Below, one piece after another: positions 21,983-30,835 of a stretch of DNA of 64,000 bases (positions are counted from its first letter, which is position 1; each line of letters begins with the position of its first letter). Both the position numbers and the translations under genes were made by a program. Source of the DNA: Coriobacteriia bacterium (lineage in GTDB: Bacteria > Actinomycetota > Coriobacteriia > Anaerosomatales > SLCP01); NCBI GenBank assembly GCA_014859265.1, contig JACUUN010000004.1, positions 1,718 to 65,717 on the forward strand, in the 5' to 3' direction. The notes under the pieces are model-generated. The model was not told the origin of the DNA. It ran no database searches and was given only the letters and a program-made list of their open reading frames with translations.

Positions 21983-22097
21983 GTGTCCCGGCCGCGCGTG
22001 TGATCGTTCCCTTCGATGATGACACAGTGCAACGATTCATACCCGTATCACCCCGTTGGCCGATAGCGACTCCTACCAGCCGCGCCGTCCAGAATAG

Positions 22098-22156
22098 TCG
22101 CACGCGCGACTCCGGCGTGCGACGTAATGGACCCGATGGCCTACGAACAGGCCATC
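22098..22156 (-). terminator. Two consecutive perfect hairpins downstream of the small membrane-protein gene
   Basis: gtcgcacgc (22098-22106) pairs with gcgtgcgac (22115-22123), a 9-bp stem. gatggcct (22135-22142) pairs with aggccatc (22149-22156), an 8-bp stem. There is no clear U-tract. Confidence 0.35.
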
Positions 22157-22216
22157 AGAGGGGGGCAACATGAGAATCGTCACCCGCCATGCCCGTTTGC
22201 GCCGGGCCAGGCGGGC

Positions 22217-22531
22217 TCAGTCGTCGCGCAGCTCCTCATCGGTGCCGACGAGGCGGTCGTGGATCGCCCATATGCCGGTGCTGTGACCGTACCCGTACTT
22301 CAGACCGGTGATGCCGCCACCCATGAAGCCGAGGCCGATCACCGAGACCCAGAGCTGGCCCAGGTACTGCCCGACCGCGGCGATGGCGATGCCCCCCAGG
22401 GCCATGATGCCATTGGCGACCCAGTACCGCCACGGCTCGCGCGGCATGAGCGCCACGCCCCACTTCAGTCCGGCCCACACGCCGAGTCCGAGGCCGATGA
22501 TGGCGCCGATGATGGCGAGTACTATCTCCAC
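22217..22531 (-). CDS. Small integral membrane protein (3-4 TM helices), function unknown
   Basis: 104 aa, Gly/Ile/Ala-rich hydrophobic segments. GTG start with a GGAGGGAG RBS 5 nt upstream. Confidence 0.55.
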   Translation of the reverse strand: MEIVLAIIGAIIGLGLGVWAGLKWGVALMPREPWRYWVANGIMALGGIAIAAVGQYLGQLWVSVIGLGFMGGGITGLKYGYGHSTGIWAIHDRLVGTDEELRDD

Positions 22532-22557
22532 GGTGCTCCCTCCGTTGCCGGTCCCGG

Positions 22558-22764
22558 TCAGTCCTGGTAGAGCCAGTAGAGCGCCTGCGTACCCTCATCA
22601 CCGTGACCGGTGACCATGAGCGACTTGTAGAGGTGCGAAGCGAGCTCCGCACCCGGCAGATCGATGCCGAGCTCGGCAGCCGAATCGAGCGCGTGGCCCG
22701 CCATCGGCCCGCCCATCACGCCGGTGCCGACAAAGCCGATCGTCGAGGTGCCCGATGCGATCAT
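22558..22764 (-). pseudogene. In-frame deletion remnant of a 3-hydroxyisobutyrate/6-phosphogluconate dehydrogenase-family gene (68 codons)
   Basis: MIASGTSTIGFVGTGVMGGPMAGH (Rossmann N-terminus) is joined directly to ALDSAAELGIDLPGAELASHLYKSLMVTGHGDEGTQAL (family C-terminus). Intact members are roughly 290 aa. Confidence 0.55.
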
Positions 22765-23342
22765 CGCTCGTTCCCGATCTTGCCGAGGAGCCACGCCATG
22801 TTCTCGCCGAGCGTGCGCATCGTGCGCAGCCCCTCCTCGTCCTCGGCGACGGTGCCCTTCGGCCCGCCCACGCCGAGGTTCCAGTAGGAGGAACCGACCA
22901 CGATCATCTGGTTGATGAGGAAGAAGTGGTTGATGGAGTCGAGCGCGTGAATCGCGCCGGCCCGGCGATGCACGACGATGGCCGAACCGGGTGTGCGCAC
23001 GAACATGCCGGAGTTGCCGCGCGCGACGTAGCCCGCACGGTCGATGATCGCCTTGAGCTCGGATGTGATGTCGGCGAAGTAGACCGGCGAAGCGAGTAGG
23101 ATGCCGTCGGCCGCGTCGAGTGCCTCGATGACCCCGTTGCCGAAGTCGTCCCGCCCGTGACAGCGGCGGTCGGCCTCCTTGCGGCAGCGCATGCACGCGG
23201 TACATCCGCCGACCGTCTCGCCTGCAAGCGAGATCAGTTCGCACTCGATGCCGGCCGCACGCATCGGCTCAAACGCCGCCTCGACCATCATGGCGGTGTT
23301 GCCGTCCTTGCGAGGTGAACCGTTGACCGCCACGACCTTCAT
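22761..23342 (-). CDS. Flavodoxin-like FMN reductase / iron-sulfur flavoprotein family
   Basis: MKVVAVNGSPRKDGNTAMMVEAA...GGCTACMRCRKE...LLASPVYFADITSELK, 193 aa. The start is at 23340-23342. Confidence 0.8.
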   Translation of the reverse strand: MKVVAVNGSPRKDGNTAMMVEAAFEPMRAAGIECELISLAGETVGGCTACMRCRKEADRRCHGRDDFGNGVIEALDAADGILLASPVYFADITSELKAIIDRAGYVARGNSGMFVRTPGSAIVVHRRAGAIHALDSINHFFLINQMIVVGSSYWNLGVGGPKGTVAEDEEGLRTMRTLGENMAWLLGKIGNER

Positions 23343-23371
23343 GAAACGGGCCTTTTCATCAGACGAGCTCC

Positions 23372-23446
23372 TCATTGGTCCGGTAGACGACTCCCACGGT
23401 GCCCGGGTAGGTAGGACGTCGAGTCGGTCACGATCCGTACTGCCAC
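23372..23446 (-). pseudogene. Truncated DegV-family N-terminal fragment (24 codons)
   Basis: A GAGGAGAGG RBS is followed by GTG-initiated VAVRIVTDSTSYLPGHRGSRLPDQ*. IVTDSTSxLP is the DegV N-terminal signature. The remainder of the gene is absent. Confidence 0.4.
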
Positions 23447-23710
23447 GCTCGTCCTCTCCTCGGCTGGTGCCACCGGTGTCCGCCCGGGTTGGATTGTACC
23501 CGAACCCCATGGCGGCTCAGGTGGGCGGTCCACGGGGAGCCGGGGTTTAGGAATGTACGGGCTGGTGACCTCACGGATGAGGTCGCACACTCAACCGCCT
23601 GCCGCGTGATTCCCGGACTTGCGATGGGGACTATACAAACAGAGACTGTTTCTATGCACCGATAATCGCACGCTACGCGGGCGCTGCCCGCACGCATCAC
23701 GGGAGGCCGC

Positions 23711-25054
23711 ATGGAGCGCACGAAGGTCATCATCATGGGAGCAGCGGGACGCGACTTCCACGTCTTCGCCACCTGCTACCGCAACGATCCGGGCATCGAG
23801 GTGGTCGCGTTCACCGCCACACAGATCCCCGGCATCGACGACCGCCACTTCCCGGCCGACCTCGCCGGCGATCTCTACCCGGACGGCATCGCGATCATCC
23901 CCGAGGACGCACTCGAGGCCGCCATCGCCAAGCACGACGCTGACCTCGTCGTCTTCGCCTATAGCGACGTCAGCCACGAGTTCGTCATGCACCAGGCCTC
24001 ACGCGTGCTCGCAACCGGCGCCGACTTCGCACTCTTCGGCCCGGACCGCACGATGATCCCCTCGCGCAAGCCCGTCATCTCGGTCTGTGCCGTGCGTACC
24101 GGCGCGGGCAAGAGCGGCATCTCGCGACGAATCTGGCAACTCCTCGATGAGGCGGGCCTCAAGGCGGTCGACATCCGCCACCCGATGCCCTACCGCGACC
24201 TCTCCCGCATGAAGGTCGAGCGCTACGCCTCTCTCGAAGACCTCGACCGCCTCAAGGTGACCATCGAGGAGCGTGAGGAGTACGAGCACCTCATCGCCTT
24301 GGGCGCAACGGTCTTTGCCGGTGTGGACTACCAGGAGATCCTCCGAGCCGCCGAGGTGGAAGCCGACGTCATCATCTGGGACGGCGGCAACAATGATATG
24401 CCCTTCATCCGCCCGGATCTCGAGCTGGTGGTGCTCGACCCGCACCGCGCCGGCCACGAGCGCCTCTACCACCCGGGCGAGGTCAACTTCTTGCGCGCCG
24501 ACGTGCTCGTCATCAATAAGGTCGACACCGCCGAGTCCGCCGCCGTCGAGACACTCAAGGCTACCACTGCCATCCACAACCCCGACGCGACGGTCGTGCT
24601 CACCGCTTCAGAGATCATCGCGGATGACCCGGACGTGCTTGCGGGCAGGCGGGTGCTCGTCATCGAGGATGGTCCGACCGTCACCCACGGCGGGATGTCG
24701 TTCGGCGCCGGTGCGATCGCAGCTCGCCGGGCTGGTGCGGCAGAACTCGTCGACCCCCGGCCCTACGCCGCCGGCTCGCTCGCTGGTGTCTTCGCCGCCT
24801 TCCCGCACCTGACCGAGGTGCTGCCCGCGATGGGCTACTCGGCAGGCCAGCTCGCCGATCTCGAGGCCACCATCGCGGCGACTCCCTGCGATGTGGTCGT
24901 CGTCGGCACGCCGATCGATCTCTCGCGCCTCCTGCACATCGATCAGCGGGTCGTGAGAGTGACCTACGGCTCGGCAGATGCAGGTTCTCCGACACTTACA
25001 GATGTCGTTGGCGGGTTCATCGAGAAGCACGTACGCGGCCGCTCGGATGCGTAG
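23711..25054 (+). CDS. COG2403-type P-loop protein (family annotated as predicted GTPase / cyclic 2,3-diphosphoglycerate synthetase-like)
   Basis: 447 aa: MERTKVIIMGAAGRDFHVF...VCAVRTGAGKSG (Walker A)...IIWDGGNND...VINKVD. Family assignment is from memory. Confidence 0.65.
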   Translation: MERTKVIIMGAAGRDFHVFATCYRNDPGIEVVAFTATQIPGIDDRHFPADLAGDLYPDGIAIIPEDALEAAIAKHDADLVVFAYSDVSHEFVMHQASRVLATGADFALFGPDRTMIPSRKPVISVCAVRTGAGKSGISRRIWQLLDEAGLKAVDIRHPMPYRDLSRMKVERYASLEDLDRLKVTIEEREEYEHLIALGATVFAGVDYQEILRAAEVEADVIIWDGGNNDMPFIRPDLELVVLDPHRAGHERLYHPGEVNFLRADVLVINKVDTAESAAVETLKATTAIHNPDATVVLTASEIIADDPDVLAGRRVLVIEDGPTVTHGGMSFGAGAIAARRAGAAELVDPRPYAAGSLAGVFAAFPHLTEVLPAMGYSAGQLADLEATIAATPCDVVVVGTPIDLSRLLHIDQRVVRVTYGSADAGSPTLTDVVGGFIEKHVRGRSDA

Positions 25055-25157
25055 CCCGAGAACATCCAAGAAACCCCAGGTTCGCCCTCATGTCGCGGGC
25101 ACGTCCTGCCGATAGACAGAACATCACTCGTCTGTCGACTCGCGAACGGGGAGCCGG

Positions 25158-25730
25158 ATGCTCACGGCAGCCAAGGGGCTCTGTCGGATACGCCCGCACT
25201 ACGATGAGGACACACGCTACCTCTTCCAAGTGCTGCTCACCGCTACCTCCGTGGTCGAAGCCAACATCGCGCTGGACCTGCTCTCCAAGACCGTTCCCGA
25301 CAAGGCGCTCGTCGCGACGATCAACCTCCGTGAGGCCCTCAAGTCCATCCCCTCCACCCCGTTCCGCATGGCCGTCGACGAGCAGACCTTCATGCGGGTC
25401 GGCGGTATGGTCAAAGACCTCGCGTCGCTCACCTGCGCAACTACCGATGGCTACTCGATCGTCGTTACCACGGCGGGCAACCTCGTGCTCGACCTCATCG
25501 TCAAGTATGACTGTGAGAAGCACTTCTGGACGCCGATTCCCCGCACCGAGGACTTCGTCGAGCCCGAGCTCATCGAACACCTCATCGAGAGCGAGTACCT
25601 GTTCGCCGGCGTGGTCGATGTCATCAAGTCGATGGGTGTGGTCTTCAACCCGACGCTCTACCTGTCGGTCGACGACTGGCACCTCGAGTACGCTCGCGAG
25701 ACGATCGAGAGGCTCGACGGCCTCTTCTAG
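25158..25730 (+). CDS. Hypothetical protein, no recognisable family
   Basis: 190 aa with normal soluble-protein composition. A GGGGAG RBS lies 4 nt before the ATG. The 3' end overlaps the convergent pncA stop by 4 nt. Confidence 0.5.
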   Translation: MLTAAKGLCRIRPHYDEDTRYLFQVLLTATSVVEANIALDLLSKTVPDKALVATINLREALKSIPSTPFRMAVDEQTFMRVGGMVKDLASLTCATTDGYSIVVTTAGNLVLDLIVKYDCEKHFWTPIPRTEDFVEPELIEHLIESEYLFAGVVDVIKSMGVVFNPTLYLSVDDWHLEYARETIERLDGLF

Positions 25731-26341
25731 CCGAGGTCTCCGCTCGATACCACCCGACACCCCGCGGCCGCCATCTCTGCGAGCGCACGCTCCCCGTCAC
25801 CCAGTGCGAGATCGACCGCGCGACATCCGTCAGCGACGACGGTGACCTCGAACCCCAGAGCCGCTCCGTCAAGCGCCGTGTACTTCACGCAGTACTCCGT
25901 GGTCAGACCGAGCAGCGTCACCCGCTCGATCCCCCGCTCCCGCAGAAAGGCCTCGAGCCCGGTAGCCTTGCGATGGTCGTTGTCGAAGAACCCCGAGTAG
26001 CTGTCGATCTCCGGGTCGGTCCCTTTGCGCACCACATGGTGCACGGGGCCGATGTCGAGCGCCGAGTGGAAGCTTGCTCCCGGCGTCTGTTGTACGCAGT
26101 GTGGCGGCCAGAGCACCTGGGGCACACCGCCGAGTTCGATGATCTGCCCCGGCTCAGTCCCGGGATGGTTGACCGCGAAGCTGCCGTGATCGACCGGATG
26201 CCAGTCTTGTGTGGCCACCACCAGCTCGAACCGCGGTGCGAGAGCGTTGGCGACCGGTACCACTACGTCGCCATCAGCCACCGGCAGAGCACCGAAGGGC
26301 ATGAAGTCGTTCTGAATGTCGACGAGCACGAGCGCGTCCAT
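25727..26341 (-). CDS. pncA: Nicotinamidase/pyrazinamidase
   Basis: MDALVLVDIQNDFMPFGALPV...TQDWHPVDHGSF...LWPPHCVQ...GLTTEYCVKYTA, with a GGAGGTG RBS. Confidence 0.88.
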   Translation of the reverse strand: MDALVLVDIQNDFMPFGALPVADGDVVVPVANALAPRFELVVATQDWHPVDHGSFAVNHPGTEPGQIIELGGVPQVLWPPHCVQQTPGASFHSALDIGPVHHVVRKGTDPEIDSYSGFFDNDHRKATGLEAFLRERGIERVTLLGLTTEYCVKYTALDGAALGFEVTVVADGCRAVDLALGDGERALAEMAAAGCRVVSSGDLG

Positions 26342-26367
26342 GCGCGTCACCTCCTGTGAAGGGGTTT

Positions 26368-27879
26368 CTACCCCGTGGCGCCACCGCTGCCCTCGCGCGC
26401 CCGCGCGAGCACGATCAGGCGCATGCGCCGCGCGTGGACGCCGCGCTCCAGCCCGACCGGATAGAAGTGCGGGTTGAGGAAACGCCTGACCGAGGGGCCG
26501 AGGAGCGCGATCTGCTCCCGGGCACGCTCCGCTATCGCGGGAAGCGGCGGAGACTCGTAGACGCGCTCGCCACCGCACATCACCGGAACGAGCAGGTCCT
26601 CGAAGCGCTGCCCGGCCGAGAAGCGCCTGCGACGTGTGGAGTCGACAGGGTCGATCATCATCGGCTCGTCGCCCAGTGGGCAGGTCACGTCATAGATCAT
26701 GTCGCTAGCGGGCCGCCCGGCAGCGTCGAAGTAGCGCCTGACGCCCAGCACGCCGGGCATCGTGACCTTGGCGGTCTGCTCTGAGATCTTGATGCGCGGC
26801 TCCCACTCCCCTCCCGGCCGACGGATCGCCGAGAGCTTGTAGACTCCGCCGAGCGCGGGCTGGTCGTGCGCGGTAACGAGCCTGGTCCCCACGCCCCAGA
26901 AGTCGATGGCCGCATCCTGGTCCTTCAGGCTCGCGATGAGGTGCTCGTCGAGTTCGTTGGAAGCGACGATGCGCGCTTCGGGGAACCCGGCCTCGTCGAG
27001 GATCGCGCGGGCCTCGCGGGAGAGCCACGCGAGATCGCCTGAGTCGATACGCACGCCGATCATCTCGTAACCCCGCTCTCGCAGGCGGCGGCCCTCCTCG
27101 GCGGCGCGGCGCACGCCGGCGAGCGTGTCGTAAGTGTCGACGAGGAAGGTCGCGTTGTTCGGCAGTGCCTCGGCGTAGGCGCGAAACGCCTCGGCCTCGC
27201 TCGGGAAGAGCATGACCCAGCTGTGGGCATGCGTGCCGCTCACGGGGATGCCGTAGACGCTTCCCGCGAGCACGTTGGAGGTGCCGCGGCAGCCTCCGAC
27301 GAACGCCGCACGTGCTGCCGAGAGCCCCCCGTCGGGACCCTGAGCCCGCCGGAGACCGAACTCGATGACCGGATCGCCCCCGGCGGCCTCGCACACGCGG
27401 GTCGCCTTGGTGGCCACAAGCGTCTGGAAATTGATGATGTTGAGCAGAGCGGTTTCGGCGATCTGGCACGCGACGATCGGCGCGCTCACCCGCAGCAGCG
27501 GCTCGTGCGGAAAGACGGCCGTCCCCTCGGGAATGGCGTCCACATTACCCTCGAAGCGAAACAACTCAAGATACTCGAGGAAATCCCCGGCGAAGAGCGG
27601 GGCACCATCGTTGCCGGTGAGTGTCGCAAGGTAGGCCACGTCTTCGGCCGAGAAGGAGAGGGCTTCGAGGTAGTCGAGCGCCTGCTCGAGCCCGCACGCG
27701 AGCGAGTAGCCGCCGCCGAAGGGGTTGTCGCGAAACGAGAGATGAAAACATGCCTCGGTATCGCTCACGCCAGCTTTCACGTAGCCCTGCGCCATCGTGA
27801 GCTGGTAGAGGTCGGTGAATAGCCCGGGTGAGCGGCTCCACGCGTGTACGCTCACAGCACTCCCATCGTCCGCGCCCAC
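26368..27879 (-). CDS. pncB: Nicotinate phosphoribosyltransferase
   Basis: ...SPGLFTDLYQLTMAQGY...GTSNVLAG...GTHAHSWVM...IRIDSGDL. GTG start at 27879; a later GTG is possible. Confidence 0.88.
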   Translation of the reverse strand: MGADDGSAVSVHAWSRSPGLFTDLYQLTMAQGYVKAGVSDTEACFHLSFRDNPFGGGYSLACGLEQALDYLEALSFSAEDVAYLATLTGNDGAPLFAGDFLEYLELFRFEGNVDAIPEGTAVFPHEPLLRVSAPIVACQIAETALLNIINFQTLVATKATRVCEAAGGDPVIEFGLRRAQGPDGGLSAARAAFVGGCRGTSNVLAGSVYGIPVSGTHAHSWVMLFPSEAEAFRAYAEALPNNATFLVDTYDTLAGVRRAAEEGRRLRERGYEMIGVRIDSGDLAWLSREARAILDEAGFPEARIVASNELDEHLIASLKDQDAAIDFWGVGTRLVTAHDQPALGGVYKLSAIRRPGGEWEPRIKISEQTAKVTMPGVLGVRRYFDAAGRPASDMIYDVTCPLGDEPMMIDPVDSTRRRRFSAGQRFEDLLVPVMCGGERVYESPPLPAIAERAREQIALLGPSVRRFLNPHFYPVGLERGVHARRMRLIVLARAREGSGGATG

Positions 27880-28446
27880 ACCGCCCGCCTGACGGGATGG
27901 TCACACCTCTGACGATACCCCATCGAGAGCGGGATAGACCACTCACCGACAGGTGCTATACACGGGTGACAGGAACCAGCATGCTCGGGTATAAGCGATT
28001 ACGGACCCGCAGTCTCACGGGGGGGACGATGGACGACGCACACGCTGTCCGGGACGTTTCGGCAGGAAGTCGGGGGCTGAAGGTCTCCCAAACCCGTGAG
28101 TGCGACGACTGCGCATTACGCGCGGCAGACATGGCGACCGACCTTTACGTTCGCGAAGAGCGCACGCGACGCAGGGAGTCCTTCGAGGAGCTGCTGAGCA
28201 GGGACCACGAGGTCTGAGAACGTCTGCGGGGCGAACGTCGCTCCCGCTCCGCATCGCTACTTCAGCGCGTTGGCGATCGCCGTGCGCACGCTCTCGATGA
28301 TGCTGAACGGCCCGCCGAAGACGTAGGCGTCATTGGTGTGCGCCTTGTGAGTCCGGCCAGCCCCGAATGAGTACCCCGGTATCTGTATCGTGACGCACCG
28401 AGAACGCATATCATGCCGTGGTGACACCCATTCGGGAGTAACGTTG

Positions 28447-29706
28447 ATGAGACGGATCGACCTGTTCAGAGTAGTCGCCGCCCGGTTCCTGTCGCGTGTC
28501 GGCAGTGAGGCGGCGTTCTTCGTCGGCGTATGGGGCAAGGCGGCCTTCGACCTTGATGCGACCGCTGGCGATCTCGCCGTGCTCATGTTCGCGCTCGCGG
28601 TAGCCCTCCTCCTCGGCAGCGCCGCCGCGGGCGTGCTCATCGACAGATACGGGCCGCGGGTCGTGCTCGCCGTCGCCGAGGTCATATTCGTACCCGCAGC
28701 GCTCGCATTCATCTGGGTGGACTCGATGCCGGCACTCATCGGTGTCGCCGCGATCTGGGGTTTCGTCGGAGCACCCGTCATGACCGCCGGAGCGTCGTTC
28801 GCCCCGTACCTCACCCAGCGGCCTGAGGAGCTCAAGCACGTCAACTCGCTGCTCGACGGAGCGGGCTCGCTGTCCTTCGTAATCGGGCCGGCAATCGGTG
28901 CGCTGGTAGTACGGTACGCCAACATCGACTGGATCTTCATCCTCGACGCGGTCACGTCGCTCGCGGCCGCCATCATCGTCTGGCGCGCCCACCTGGTCCG
29001 CGCACCTGCGCCCCGTGACGGGCAGCGCGGTCACGCGGTCGCCGAACTGGTCGCCGGCATGCGCACCGCCTATCGCATCCGCGCGCTGCGCTACTACGTG
29101 CTCGCTGGCACCGTCGTGTGGCTGAGCTTCGGGGCGTTCGGAGTGCTCGAACCGCTCTTCTTCCGCGACGTGGTCATGGCGAACATCGAGACGCTCGGCT
29201 GGGTCAACATGGTCTTCGGCCTCGGCATGCTCGTCGGCGCCTCGATGCTCCCCCGGCTGCGGGCCAGCGTCATCTCGGCACGGGGACTCGCAGTCGCCGT
29301 CACCTTGAGCGGACTGGGTTCCATCCTCTATGTCGGCACAGCCGACCTGCGCGTAGTCTACGTGGGCGCGCTCGTCTGGGGCTCGGTCATCGGCCTGCTC
29401 GAGCCGCTGTTGCGCACGCTCATCCACCGCGACTCGCCGCTGGAGGCGGTGGGCCGGGTCGTCGGCACTGCGGAGACTCACCGGCGTCTCGGAGAGTTGC
29501 TGCCGCTTGCAGTCGCGCCGTTTGTGGCAAGCCTCATCGGTGTGCAGGGCACGATGATCGTCGGCGCGCTGCTCGCGTCGCTCATCGCGCTGCTCTCACT
29601 CGGGGAGGCGCGGGCCATCGATCGCGAGCTCGGCGAGCGCCCGGTCCCGGAAGGAGAGATAGCGACGATCACCCCTGCCGAGGAGCCGGTCTCGCCGCTG
29701 CCGTAG
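28447..29706 (+). CDS. MFS transporter
   Basis: MRRIDLFRVVAARFLSRVGSEAAFF... followed by about 12 hydrophobic segments. I prefer the ATG at 28447 over the track start at 28390. Confidence 0.8.
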   Translation: MRRIDLFRVVAARFLSRVGSEAAFFVGVWGKAAFDLDATAGDLAVLMFALAVALLLGSAAAGVLIDRYGPRVVLAVAEVIFVPAALAFIWVDSMPALIGVAAIWGFVGAPVMTAGASFAPYLTQRPEELKHVNSLLDGAGSLSFVIGPAIGALVVRYANIDWIFILDAVTSLAAAIIVWRAHLVRAPAPRDGQRGHAVAELVAGMRTAYRIRALRYYVLAGTVVWLSFGAFGVLEPLFFRDVVMANIETLGWVNMVFGLGMLVGASMLPRLRASVISARGLAVAVTLSGLGSILYVGTADLRVVYVGALVWGSVIGLLEPLLRTLIHRDSPLEAVGRVVGTAETHRRLGELLPLAVAPFVASLIGVQGTMIVGALLASLIALLSLGEARAIDRELGERPVPEGEIATITPAEEPVSPLP

Positions 29707-29760
29707 GGGGACCGAGCCGGGAGTGTCGCACGCCCCACCTACTGGAGACTGACCCGTCCC

Positions 29761-30825
29761 CTACCCCGGGCCTCCTTCGCCGATGACCGCGACGAACTCC
29801 GGAAGAACGCGGAAGCGCACCTCGTCGCCACATGTGATGACCTGCTCGGGATGGGCGTGCACCAGCACGTCGGCGGTGCCGCCATCGGCAAGCTGTATCT
29901 CGACCATCGCGTCGATTGAACGTCCGGTGTAGGTGGCCTCCCTCACCACGCCCCGAAGAGGCCCCTCGGCATCGAGCTCGAGCGAGTCGGCGCGCACCGA
30001 GACCGTCACCGGCGTGCCGGGCGGCAGGTCGTGCGTGTGACGGCAAGGTGCCACACCGATATCGGTGACGACCGAATCACCATCCTCGCCGATGCGGCCG
30101 GCAAGCAGGTTCGTGCGCCCCACGAACTCGGCCACGAACCGGGTGTGCGGGAACTGGTATATCTCGCGTGGTGAGCCAACCTGCTCGATGCGGCCGTCGC
30201 GCATCACGACGATCGTGTCCGAGATCGCGAGCGCGTCGGACTGATCGTGCGAGACGAACACCGCCGTGGTGCCGGCTTCGGCTAGGATGCGGCGTACCTC
30301 GGCGCGCATGTGCACGCGCAGGTCGGCATCGAGACTCGCGAATGGCTCGTCGAGGAGCACCACGAGCGGTCGTGCGGCGAGTGCGCGCGCGAGTGCGACG
30401 CGCTGCTGTTGGCCGCCCGAGAGCTCATGCGGCATGCGGCGGTCGTAGCCGGCCAGGTCCACGAGCTCGAGCGTCTCGGCCACACGTTCGGCGCGCTCGG
30501 CCCTCGGCAGGTTGAAGCCCACGTTTGATGCCACATCGAGGTGCGGAAAGAGTGCGTGCTCCTGGAAGACCATCCCTACCCCGCGGCGCTCCGGCGGCAC
30601 CCATGCGGTCGGGCCAGCCACGGTGGCCTCCCCGATCGAGATGCTGCCGGCATCCGGGCGCTCGAAGCCCGCGATGAGCCGCAGCGTGGTTGTCTTGCCG
30701 CACCCGGACGGGCCGAGAAGCGTCACCACACTGCCCGCCTTGATCTCGAGAGAGAGCGCGTCGACCGCGGGCGAGGTGATCCCGGGGTAGGTCTTGGTCA
30801 CCGTGTCGAGCACTATCTCGGCCAT
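29761..30825 (-). CDS. ABC transporter ATP-binding protein (Fe3+/polyamine importer type, FbpC/PotA-like)
   Basis: MAEIVLDTVTKTY...LLGPSGCGKTTTLRLIAG...LSGGQQQRVALARAL...LLDEPF, with a GGAGGAG RBS before the ATG at 30825. Confidence 0.88.
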   Translation of the reverse strand: MAEIVLDTVTKTYPGITSPAVDALSLEIKAGSVVTLLGPSGCGKTTTLRLIAGFERPDAGSISIGEATVAGPTAWVPPERRGVGMVFQEHALFPHLDVASNVGFNLPRAERAERVAETLELVDLAGYDRRMPHELSGGQQQRVALARALAARPLVVLLDEPFASLDADLRVHMRAEVRRILAEAGTTAVFVSHDQSDALAISDTIVVMRDGRIEQVGSPREIYQFPHTRFVAEFVGRTNLLAGRIGEDGDSVVTDIGVAPCRHTHDLPPGTPVTVSVRADSLELDAEGPLRGVVREATYTGRSIDAMVEIQLADGGTADVLVHAHPEQVITCGDEVRFRVLPEFVAVIGEGGPG

Positions 30826-30835
30826 CGAACTCCTC

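Noticed and set aside
28257-28976. 239-aa minus-strand ORF overlapping the MFS transporter gene.
   Set aside because: Ala/Ser/Thr/Met-rich shadow of the MFS gene. Only its last ~45 codons (28257..28390, outside the MFS gene) look protein-like, and those are reported as a possible stub in the findings.
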